Positions 23,520 to 33,960 of a stretch of 64,000 nt of DNA are shown here, one piece after another. Position 1 is the stretch's first letter; each line of letters opens with the position of its first letter. The DNA comes from Camelus ferus. Its lineage: Eukaryota. The DNA lies in assembly GCF_009834535.1 (NCBI RefSeq), contig NC_045696.1:50470001-50534000 (forward strand), in the 5' to 3' direction. The position numbers were made by a program, and so were the translations under genes. Below the pieces are notes generated by a model. It was not told the DNA's origin. It saw only the letters and a list, made by a program, of their open reading frames with translations, and ran no database searches.

Positions 23520-24975
23520 GTAAGGTTCCACATGTAACCACAGATTCTAGACAGAATTAAAAAAAAACAAACCTATCTGAAGCCACTGAACAGTGTAAAA
23601 AGCAAGAAGATTCTTGAGGGGTATCAATCCTTGAAAGAAGGAAATGGCTCAGGTTTGGAGGCAGTGGGTTCCCATATTTACCACTTCTTGTCTCAGGAAA
23701 GACTGCAACTGGCATGACACTGGACAGCTGAAGCTCCCTGTTAGAAAACTAGTGGTTTTCTGAAGAACAAATAGATTTCAGGGCAACCTTGGTCTCTTGA
23801 AATTGAGAGAGGCAGAGAGCTAGAGCTCTAAATTGTGTGTATAAACTGTACTCATACCGCTGGCTGATCCCAAGCCCCTCATGGCTGGGCACACTTGAAG
23901 CCAACCAGCTAAAGGTAGAAGCACTGAGATTTAAAACACTGTCCAAGAGATAGTTTTTAGTTTGAGTTCCACAAAGTTAAATGTTTTCTGGGGAAAAAAA
24001 ATCAACAAATATAACAAAATGCAAAGTATCTAAGATGTAATATTCACAATATAAATAAAATTACTCAAACTATCGAGAATCAGGAAAATGTGGCCCATTC
24101 ATAGGAGAAAAGAAAATATTACAGGGAGACCAACCTCAAATTGACCTAGATATTGCAATTATCAGATAAGGACCATAAAGTAGATATTAAACTATGCTCG
24201 GTGATATAAAAGAAAATAAGCTCACAATGAATGAAAAGACAGGAAAATCTCAACAGAAAAAAAAGTTACAAAATAAATGGAAATTCTAAAATTAGAAAAT
24301 ATAATACCTGAAATAAAATATGGCCTGGATGACTGTAACAGAAGAATAGAAATAACAAACTTAAAATATATCAATAGAAATCATCCAATTTGAAGAGCAG
24401 AGAGAACATAAAAGACAGGAAAAAAAGCCCATAATAGCCATAGGGACCTGCAATGAAGTAGCAGAACTTCTAACATAGAAAGTTGGCAGATAAAAACATT
24501 TGAAGAAAATAGTGATTAAAATTTTCCCCAAATTTGCCGAAAAGCATACATTTACAGATTTAAGAATCTCAGTAATACTCAAGCAGGATAAATATAAAAA
24601 TAACCATACATAGACACATGATATGTGGTGAAAACCAACAATAAAGAGAAAAAAACCTTTAAGCAGCTAGAGAAAAATGACACATTATAGTCAGGGGAAC
24701 AATGATTTGAGTATCTGTGAGCTTCTCATCAGAAATGGTGAAACAACATTTTTAAAGTGCTGAAAGAAAAACCCAGAACTCTATATCCAGCAAAAGTATG
24801 CAAGAATAAATATGCAAGAATGGAGCATATACAGATAAAAGGAAACTAAGAGAACTCTTCCCCAGCAGACCTACACTAGAAGTGATGGTAACAGAAATTA
24901 TTTAGGTTGAAGGGAAATAATACCAGACAGAAATTCAGAAATTCAGAAAAGAATGACGAGCATTGGAAATGGTAG
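23520..24975 (+). mobile_element. Old L1 5'/ORF1-region fragment
   Basis: A-rich decayed ORF1-like text (CAATAGAAATCATCCAA.TTGAA, CTTCTCATCAGAAA, CCAGCAGACCTACACTA). Confidence 0.65.
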
Positions 24976-24985
24976 TTATGGTGGA

Positions 24986-25330
24986 TGTGGGATATGCACC
25001 CAGCATCCTATTCGAGGAACGACGTTTTGCTCCTGCTGCTGGGAGCACTCTCAGCAGACAGCCGTCAGTGCTCCACGTCTTCAGAGGTCACCTCGTCTCT
25101 TTCACCCAAAGTCAGACCTTCCCCAGGGCAGCCCACATCCACTGACTGATTTCGAGGTGTAGAGGCCCACCCCTTTGGTTTCAATGCAGAGCCTCTCTGG
25201 GGTCGTTCTAACCCCAGAGTCCCCCATGGGGTCAGATGAGGGTGTCGTGGCTGAGATTGCAGGTGGACTTCTTTCCAGGTATTTCTTCCCAGAGACTTCC
25301 CTAATAAACATTCTCTGCTCAAAACTCTAA
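24986..25330 (+). mobile_element. ERVL-class LTR relic (LTR16-like)
   Basis: TGTGG start, GC-richer body, CTTCCCTAATAAACA poly(A) region near the 3' end. Confidence 0.55.
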
Positions 25331-26881
25331 TTTTAAAGTTTATAACTATAAAAAAGTGATGGTTATGGGCTTGACTCTTAGGAGCAATTAGCATCACACA
25401 GTCCTAAGTCATTTCATAACCACGGATCTGATCCCTAATCCCACTCAATAATTATAAATGTTGATGACAACAAGAGGAAAGAGGCAAGAGTATATTAATT
25501 GTTACTGCATTTTACTCACTGACAGATTGATTTTTCAGGTACAACAGAAAACCAAATGACAACTGAGTTATTTTATTAACTAGCACCATTAAGCAAAATA
25601 CTCACTATCTTTTGGGGAGGGAATTTACCTACTATGAAACGCTCTCATTTTTTCCCATCTCCTTAACTCTATCTTCAACCTGTTAGCATCCCTATCTCCA
25701 ACTTCTCACCCTACTCAATTTTGGAAGAGTTTCTGTTCTCTTATTTAAGGTGAAACACTCCATTTATACCCCAGATTGTCTCCCTTCCCATCTCTTCTCA
25801 GATCTTGCTCTCTGTTATAGAGACGAAGAGATAACTATCACTCCTAGGATCCAAATTGAAAAACCCTTAGAGCTTATTCTATTATTTTTATCTCTGTGTA
25901 CTCCGTTTATGGGATCCACCACTCCATGAATAGTTCACAAATCCTGGATTGTCCTCTACTTCCAAGTACTCATAGGAATTTTCCTCCTAGTTATTTGCCC
26001 TCTCTACTGATTTTAACAACTTCCTCTGCAAAGAAACTTCCCCTTTCAGGCGCCAGTGTCTTTTAATGTTATCATAGGCCTTCCTAAAATGGAAACCCAA
26101 GGCTAGGAGCTCTTGACTCCCTACTTCAAAATAAATCTTTACCAAGATTGCTTTATTATATTATTTTCCTGTTCAGAAAACAACAGATGACTCCTCATTG
26201 CCTACTGCACAGTATCCAAGTTCCTCTGTTTAACAATCAAGAACCCCTGAAATTCAGCCTTATTTTCTGTGCTCATATGACACACATCTCTGTTCCATCA
26301 AGCTAGAGTTCCTTCTCTCCCTAAATAACCTTGCCCTTCATCATGCTGCACATCCCCTCCTCCCAATTTATGTCTCTGCCTTTCCCCATCTATCCAAACC
26401 TATCATTCAAGGCCCAGCTCAAGACCCATCTCCTCCATAAAGCCTTCAACAACTCCAACCCACCATAATTTCTCCCATCTTTGGATTTTTACTAGATTCA
26501 TAGACAGTTTCAAAAGTAACTGATTTAAAATGTTTTCAATGTGTTTCATCTTAGTTTGATCTCTCCAATTTAGATTGCTAATAATTTTTAAGTACTATTC
26601 ACACGCGCGCACACACACACACCATACGCACTCAGAATTCTTAATAAAGACTTTTAATTCATTTGTTAATTGCTTAATCATGGATGCTTGGAGGAAAACA
26701 CACCCCAAAATTATATGTGTAAATTCACACCTATCACAAATCAGGAAAGGAAGAAAGGACTAAAATTAATAAGAACAAACCCTTCTTTTTCACAATTGCT
26801 TTTAATCTCTTTTTCCATCTGTTGCAAACCTGCTGAAGCTACCAAACAGCCCTGCCTGATTTTTATCTCTTCTGATTACTG

Positions 26882-26897
26882 CCTGCCCCCTAGTGGA
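26882..26897 (-). promoter_or_regulatory. CTCF-binding motif in CD200R1 intron 1
   Basis: Minus strand reads TCCACTAGGGGGCAGG, a close match to the CTCF core CCASYAGRKGGCRS. Confidence 0.6.
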
Positions 26898-28996
26898 AGA
26901 CAATGATAAGTGGTGAAAATTAGCCTAAAGAAGGAAAAAAAAAAAAGTGGAGGATTCCTTTCCAGTAACTCACAGTCTCAGTATCAGTAACTTTTATAAA
27001 AAATAGAATCATTTTGATAGGGATATCAAAATATAATTTGAACACAAGAGAAAAATCTAGAATACAATAGAATAAAATAAGGAGAAAAAAGTGTCTTGAG
27101 GCGAAGGGAGTATGAGCGAAAGGGACCAGACACAGGGCTGGAGAGCTTTACTCTCCAGTGGATGATTAAGGTTGTTTTTATTTTTTCCTCTCAGGTATTT
27201 TCTTAATAAATCTTGTCTACCAGTTACCACACTTATTGAAGTTATAAACAAATAAGTAAATTAAAAATGGATTTTTAAAATAATATGTTTTACATTGAAG
27301 TCACTAGCTCTCTTTCTTCTTTGTGAATTTATCTTGTATAAGGGAGTTATTTCTCTTTGGCAGTATTAATAACAAAGCAGTATTAGTAATAAAGGCATAA
27401 ACTCATGCCCCAAGCAGTTTCATTTTTCTGAATTATATCATGCTGAATTTATCATGACAAATCATTGCACATGAAATAATTTACATTTTTATATCTTTAT
27501 CCTAAAATTGCAATAACATTATCATTACCTAAGTATAAACTTCAGAGATTTGATATTTGTAGCATCTCCTGCATAGTTGTGATTAGAAATAGTTTTAAAA
27601 TTCAAACCTTTAAACCATTAAATTCAAAATTACTGATTATGTTTTAATCTTGATCATTTTTTCCTTTACCCCAAAGTCATAGTGGAATTTGACACAAATG
27701 GCTCCCTGCCTAGCTGACATTCCCTGCCAAGTTGGGTCCTGCACAAGTTTCTGTAGGAACTTTCTACAAGATCTCAATTATTGAAAGATTAAGACCATTT
27801 GCACTTTTTTAAGTGAGTAAATACTTCATTCAGTTTATGATTGAGTATTGGGTTAGTGGTGCTTGTTAGTGAAAAGCATAATGGCTAAATATTGAGGGAA
27901 ATTGCCTATTCAGTTGTTTAGTGATACTTACAGATGTACATTATTACTGGGTGTGACTCTGTCGTATACTAGTAGTGTATACTTTGGACAAATCATTTCA
28001 CCTCTCTATGCTTCGGGTTCTATCTTTGTAAAATGGAGAAATGTCTTCTATGCCTACTTCACTGGGTTGCTGAGCAGATCAAAGGAGAAAAGTATGTGAA
28101 AATTCTCCGTAGAAAAGTACAGTAGCGCAGTATAGTTACTTTATGTGTGCTCACCAGTAAGATTAACATGTGGAAAAACAGATGTTTTGCTGCAAGACAG
28201 ACAATATTTTAAAAGCATTTGTATGAGAAAAAGATACCTTTTCTTCTTCCAATTACCAATCTATAAAATTTGAAATCAAATGTTTCCCTGCAGCTGCTCC
28301 CATCTACTAAAAGTGAAACCTGAAAACTCCCTCCCACATCAACTCCTACCAGCCCTCTACAGTGAAATCAGGACACCCCCACAATAGCCCCAAGTTCGCC
28401 AAGACTCCTGCAGGAACCTAGATATTGAAGATTGGGTCTTCTAACTCAGAACGTGTCTGACAGCCCACACATGTTAAAGAGAAATACAGGCATCCATCAC
28501 AGACGCACCAGCCAACTTCTGAATGAATTAAATTTTAAAAAGCGTTTGGTCATCAAAAGTGATAAGAAAGCAATAAACCTTCCTAATTTATACTGTTAAC
28601 AATATGGATATCAATGGGCTGGGATTATTATTCAAGTTTTCTAAGAAGGGGAGATGAAGATAACCCCGTTTTCATCAGATAACTTGTATTGCTGCTAGAA
28701 ATTAATTTATTCTGCCTCGCTTGAAAAAGGGGGTAGGGGAATAAGGAAGTGGGCAGTGGGGCCAATTATAGAAATGGGTATAGTGTAGTAGGATACAAAG
28801 AAAAATAAGCAAGCCAAGGAGGAAATAAGAATAATAAAGTGAAATAAGTCTAGGAGGAAATCCCCTCCCCCACATCTCCGACTGTGTTTCTCGTGCATCG
28901 CTCCCTGAGAAAGGCAAAGACAGCTCAGGGCAAGCTGAGACCAGGTTTCTCACCGGTCATTCTCCTGTCACCCTCCCAAAGAGAATTCAAACTTAC

Positions 28997-29063
28997 CAGC
29001 AACTAAGAAGAGAGTCAGAAGCAGTAGTAGCTGTAGATCAGAAGCTATCCAAGTGCAGGGCAT
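28997..29063 (-). CDS. CD200R1: CD200R1 coding exon 1 (signal peptide)
   Basis: ATG at 29063-29061; 67 nt encoding MPCTWIASDLQLLLLLTLFLVA plus 1 nt; hydrophobic leader; donor G|GTAAGT at 28996-28991. Confidence 0.92.
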
Positions 29064-29560
29064 TTCTGTGTTCTTCTTTTCTGCCCTTCACTCAGTACTG
29101 TTCCTCCACACAGGTGTAAAAGGGACTGTGGACATGGTGAAGCTCTCTCTGGTCGACTTCTCTGTGCTGGATCCTCTTAACCCATTGGCAGCATAACACT
29201 CCCTTCCTCCTGCCCCTTCCTTCAACTCTATGTGTTTCAGCCCGATTAGTAACTTGGAAAAGAAGAAACTCTTCTCTGGAACTTGACACAGCAGTAGATT
29301 TCCTGTATGAAGCACTGAAGCACTGACGGAGGAAGCAGATTGATTGAGTTATCTTTCAGTTCATTGGTCCTCCTCTCACTTCTGCTGTACACAGATAAAC
29401 TTTACAGTAGGGCATAGAACGTGCGTAAGATAAACCGATTTGTCTAAACTTGGTTTAAAAAGCAAAACAGGATATTTATCTATATTTGGCCAATCCCCAT
29501 AAATTTCTCAGTCATGATAACTTTTAGAAATTTTCTCCAGGTTGAGGAAGTATAGGGCCT
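29064..29560 (-). promoter_or_regulatory. CD200R1 5'UTR and proximal promoter (non-CpG-island, ETS/GATA type)
   Basis: Directly upstream of the ATG; GAGGAAG ETS/PU.1-like cores at about 29329-29336 and 29544-29551, two AGATAAAC GATA motifs (29393-29400, 29428-29435), and a CCAAT at about 29490. The transcription start site is not determinable from sequence. Confidence 0.55.
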
Positions 29561-29658
29561 TAGGAATCAAGTTTGGAATGAAAGATTTTCCCCTGAAAAT
29601 TCTTGTGTGATTACTGTCTATCATGGGAGTCAGCACACAAATCTAGAAGCATCGTAAG

Positions 29659-30125
29659 TGCATTACTTTCCTATTCCTATTGTAATAAATTACTACAAAC
29701 TGAGGGGCTTAAAACAACACAGATTTATTATCTTATGGTTTGAGAGGTCTGAAGTCCAAACAAGATCTCACAGGCCTAAAATCAAGGTATTTGCAGGGCT
29801 GTGTTCTTTCTGGACAAGTGGAGATAATCTGTTACTGCCTTTTCCAGCTTCTAGGGGCTACTTGAATTCTGTGTCTCGTGGCTGCATCATCTTCACCCTG
29901 TTCCTTTTTCACATCTCCTCTGATGGTAACCTTGCTGCCTCCCTCCTGTAGAGACTTTTGTGATTACACTGGAAAATCCAGATAATCCAGGATAATATCT
30001 CCATCTCAAAATCCTTAACTTAATCACATCTGCAAAGTCCCTTTTCCCATGTAAGTTATATATTTACAAGTTTCAGAGGTTAGGGCATGGACATCCTGGG
30101 AAGGGGCATTATTCTGTCTATCCCA
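29659..30125 (-). mobile_element. MLT1-type (MaLR) solo LTR just upstream of the CD200R1 promoter
   Basis: TG.ATTA.TTTCCTATT.CT..TGTAA.AAATTAC.ACAAACT..G.GGCTTAAAACAACACAGATTTATT ... GGCATTATTCTG.CTA.C.CA. Confidence 0.85.
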
Positions 30126-30846
30126 ATTCGGTATTTATTTCCATTCACCTTCATGTTTGAAGATCTAGAATGGTCACTTAAAACAAATTACAAATAAACA
30201 CTCATCTTTAGTTGCCACACATCTGGAGTTTAAACTTACCAAAAAAAACAAAAAACCAACTGCCTTAATGTGACTGTTCATATACATTTAGATTATGTTT
30301 GAGGGGGAAAAAAACTCTTCTACATGCTAAGAATTTCCTACCCCAAAGCAAAATTCTCTAGGAAAGGGAAGAAAACATTGCAAACAGGAAAAAAAGTAAA
30401 CAACATGCATTTTTTTTTCTTTAAGTTAGCAGTTCCATCTTGCCTCTTGCCAAATAGTAAACTATATATATTTTCCCTCTTCCTCTTCTCAAGCTTTCCT
30501 TCCAGTGAATCAGTTTGATTAAGACAGTGAAGTCAGGTACTTGAGGGCACAGACCACTTGAAGAGACCTTGGATTGAATCTCTATTAGGCAGTTACTAGT
30601 CTGATGATACTAGGCAAGTTCCTTAATCGAGTCTATAACCTATTTTTTCCGTTTAATATTATATTGACATGAACATTTTGTCATGTTATCAAAAATTCTT
30701 GATGATCATTTATTTTAATGACTGATGACACAACCAAAACTAAAGCAGAGAAGGCTTACATGATCTGCCTGAGGTCCCAAAGTGACTTGGTGACACAGCT
30801 GAGAGTAAAACTCACGTTTCATATTTGATAGCCCTGAGTTCTTTCT

Positions 30847-31362
30847 ACTCAACTCCTCTGGTTTGACATTTCAGGCAACAGCTTTCATAGACACACTCCC
30901 ATGCACTCATCTCGGGTCAGACCACAATCTACAGTCAGCAGTTTAAGAGTTAAGTGAGTGGTGTCAAAAACCATAGACTCTTCAGAGTAGATTTGGCAGA
31001 ATGAGACTTTCTCTTCTCACTTCATTTTCCCCTCCATCCAAAACCCCACTTCCCCAACCTCCCAACTCCCACCTTCACCTTTTATGGAGAGCAAGTATAT
31101 GGAAGAACAATAAAGAGACCAAGAGCTTGTTAGTATAACCATCCACCAAAGATATGTCATGAAAGTCAATATAATAAAAGAAAAATGTGCTTGTCTAGTA
31201 TATGCATGTCTCTGAAAAATCTGAAGGACCCAGATTCTCCTTTGACACCACTCACTTGACTCTTAAACTGCTGATTGTAGATTGTGATCTGACCCGAGAT
31301 GAGTGCATGGGAGTGTGTCTATGAAAGCTGTTGCCTGAAATTTCAAACCAGAGGAGTTGAGT
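30847..31362. repeat. Inverted repeat: 122-bp arms (30847-30968 and 31241-31362), 272-bp spacer
   Basis: The right arm is the reverse complement of the left arm with 4 mismatches and no gaps. Confidence 0.95.
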
Positions 31363-32789
31363 GTGTCCCTTGGGCCCAGGAACCCAAAAAGCAGAGCAAA
31401 AGAGGAAAACAAGATCAAGAGAAAGGCGCAGTTCAAACTAGAAACTCAAACCTTTTACTCCACCAGTCTTCCAACTCCTCTTCAGTACTACCAAATAAGT
31501 GTACACAAGAGACAAACAGAACAATGTTATGCTGGTTAATGTTGTGGTAGCCAAAAGAAAAAGGCTTAGTAAGTTTTAGTAAAATGGAGCTGCTTTAAGA
31601 CATAATGCCCCCAAATTTGCACTGTTCATTTACTCAAAAAATGATTTATCTACCTATACATGCTTTTGAAGTAAATTTCTTCCAGTCAGGTATGTATCTT
31701 CCTCTCCAATGTCAGTTTCTTGCTCAGCCACAACTGAAACCAATTAAGTTGGCATTGTCGTCTTGCCCTTGGGACCCCTCCCCATTTTATAAAGGTTTTG
31801 CATGGATCTTGAGTATTTACTGCACAGAGTCTAATGGCCTTTTATTTTTGACCCCTTGTTCTCCATTACCTGTTCTTTCACGTCCTGGATTTGAGTCTTG
31901 ACTGTCTGTAACCGAAATGCGAACCCTTCCTTCCTCAGCTGAATTTTTGGGATGTGTATACTTACAGAAATGGGTCAATACCTACATGCCTTATCATTTT
32001 TATTCTCTGTAAGCTCTCTGACTTAAATATGTGGCCTGTCTTACTCTTCCTTATGCATGTGTGCACACACACACACAAACTCACATACACACTACTAAAC
32101 ATTTAGTCCCAAGTCCCTCAATTTACCCTGCCCTACTGCTACCAAAGTGCTGATGAAACTGTTTCACAGAGGTGAAAGACCGATGTCCCACAGCGTGAAG
32201 AGTTTCAGAGAACTCAAACTCCACAACGCTCCATTTTTTACTTCCCCCCCTGCCCTCATGGCACAGTCGTTAGAGATCTGAGGCTAATGAAATACCACAA
32301 ACGCACTCTGATTCAACGTATGATTGCATAATATGGCCGCTCTCCTGCCCATGTCTCATTTCCCTATTCTCTAATTCACCTCTCTGCAGTCTTCACTGAC
32401 CTGAGCTCTGAAGACTCATCTAAAATCCTGGATCTTCTTCCATGCGCAATCATTAAATGCCCTGATGAGCAACACAAAAGAGCCTCAGAAAATGTATATT
32501 TCTATTTTTTCACATTCTACTATATTATTGAAATTTACCTTGAAAATTTTCACTTCTACTCTGCAGTCGATGCTATGCCTCCATAATTCTCCTTCAAGTG
32601 TCAGACAAAACGCATATCAGATAAGAGTTAATCATTATTTTTCAATATAAATTCACAAATTGTGCAAAAAGAAAATTTTAAAATAGATATTTGAAAATAC
32701 AATGTATGCAGTATCAAATAAACAAAACCAGACCAGAGAAATTAGTAATTTAATATTTTTATCCACTCTAGACCTCACTGGTCATGTCC

Positions 32790-33010
32790 TTAATAAATAG
32801 TCAGGGCCCTGTTCTAAGCATTTTATAAATATGGTCTCATTTAATCCTCTCAACACCCTATAAAGTAAATATCATTATTATCCTCATTTTACAGTTGAGG
32901 AAACTAAAGCCAGAGAGGTTATGTAAATTGTCCGGTCACATAGCTAATAAGTGATGCAGACAGGATTCTAGCCCAAAAAATCTTACTCCAAAGTCTATCT
33001 CTCAGTTATG
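32790..33010 (-). mobile_element. MIR SINE
   Basis: CATTTAATCCT..CAAC.CCCTAT...TCCTCATTTTACAG.TGAGGAAACT.A.GC core. Confidence 0.8.
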
Positions 33011-33574
33011 TGGCAAATTACTTGACTACCTATTTTTTAACTCTCTGTTTTGACTCTCTGTCTTGATATTTCCCATAGTCTTCACCCCTCCTAAATCTAT
33101 TCACATTTTCACCCATTCTTTCTTCTGTTTGGGCATTCTTACTACTTCATAGTTTGTTTTGAAGAAAGAGACAGAGAAGAAGAAAGAGAAAAAGAAAGTG
33201 CTCTGTCTCGCATCACTATTTGCAGTAAACGCACTCTCTGCTGCCCCCTGGAGATAGTTTGGTAAAACCAAAGCTAATATTTTATAAACTTATTCAGTAA
33301 GTTTAAGCAAATCAGTTAACAGCTACACTGAGATTTTGATCACAAAATGTGTTAAAATGCTAAACATTACACATGTATTTATGTATACTAGTTAACATCA
33401 TAAATCAGTTAAGTATGACAAACGACTACCTAATAGTATAGCTATTATAACCTTAAGAAATATTATTGAAAAAAAGAATAATGAATCTTCTGAGATGCCA
33501 GGATGGCTTAATGAACACAGAATACATAATTGAATGTATGAATGGATAGATAGAAGCCTCATTCCAGGGAAGTC

Positions 33575-33960
33575 TGAAATAAATTCTCAAAGGTTGGGTA
33601 CCCTGAGAAGTAAACCCTGAAATGGAATTTAGGGTAACCTTGGATCATCCCTCGTGAAAATGAAGGGACAGAAACTGGTGTGGGCAGAGGGAGAAGTCAG
33701 ATTTTAAGGTAGGCTCACAACAGGCTCAGCTAACCCCATGGAGCTTGAACTGCCCTTTGGAATTGTTCTCTTTGGGGCTGAAATAGTCTGTCTTTATGCT
33801 CCTGCATCTATCAGTCCTCAGCTCAGGGAAGGAGCATGACTTTGGGGGAGGCAATACATGGAGGGGCTGATTTCTGACCTGCCAACAACATTGTCAACAC
33901 CATAGCAGCAAAGTCCTTCACTGAAGGGGATCAGATAAGTACCTCACAGTGTCTGCCACA
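33575..33960 (-). mobile_element. ERVL/MaLR-class LTR relic
   Basis: GGTTGGGT.CCCTG.GAAG.A.ACCCTGA.ATGGA.TTTAG...GTGTCTGCCACA. Confidence 0.55.

Larger units (their letters stand above)
474..29063 (-). other. CD200R1: CD200 receptor 1 gene, 5' portion (coding exons 1-5: signal peptide, stalk, IgV, IgC2); continues left beyond the window
   Basis: Five GT-AG exons, all joined in phase 1, splice into an open frame MPCTWIASDLQLLLLLTLFLVA-ECISARMEGSVTSNNTMQQMVKENCSL-ASIITSSTARKQSTVTPPSE-VNTTRSVPVDTKPVLSCPP...YHLQVL-VPPEVTL...LTIQLNQ. This resembles mammalian CD200R1, and the head-to-head position next to GTPBP8 matches known synteny. The cytoplasmic tail is not visible, so an activating paralogue cannot be formally excluded. 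Confidence 0.9.
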
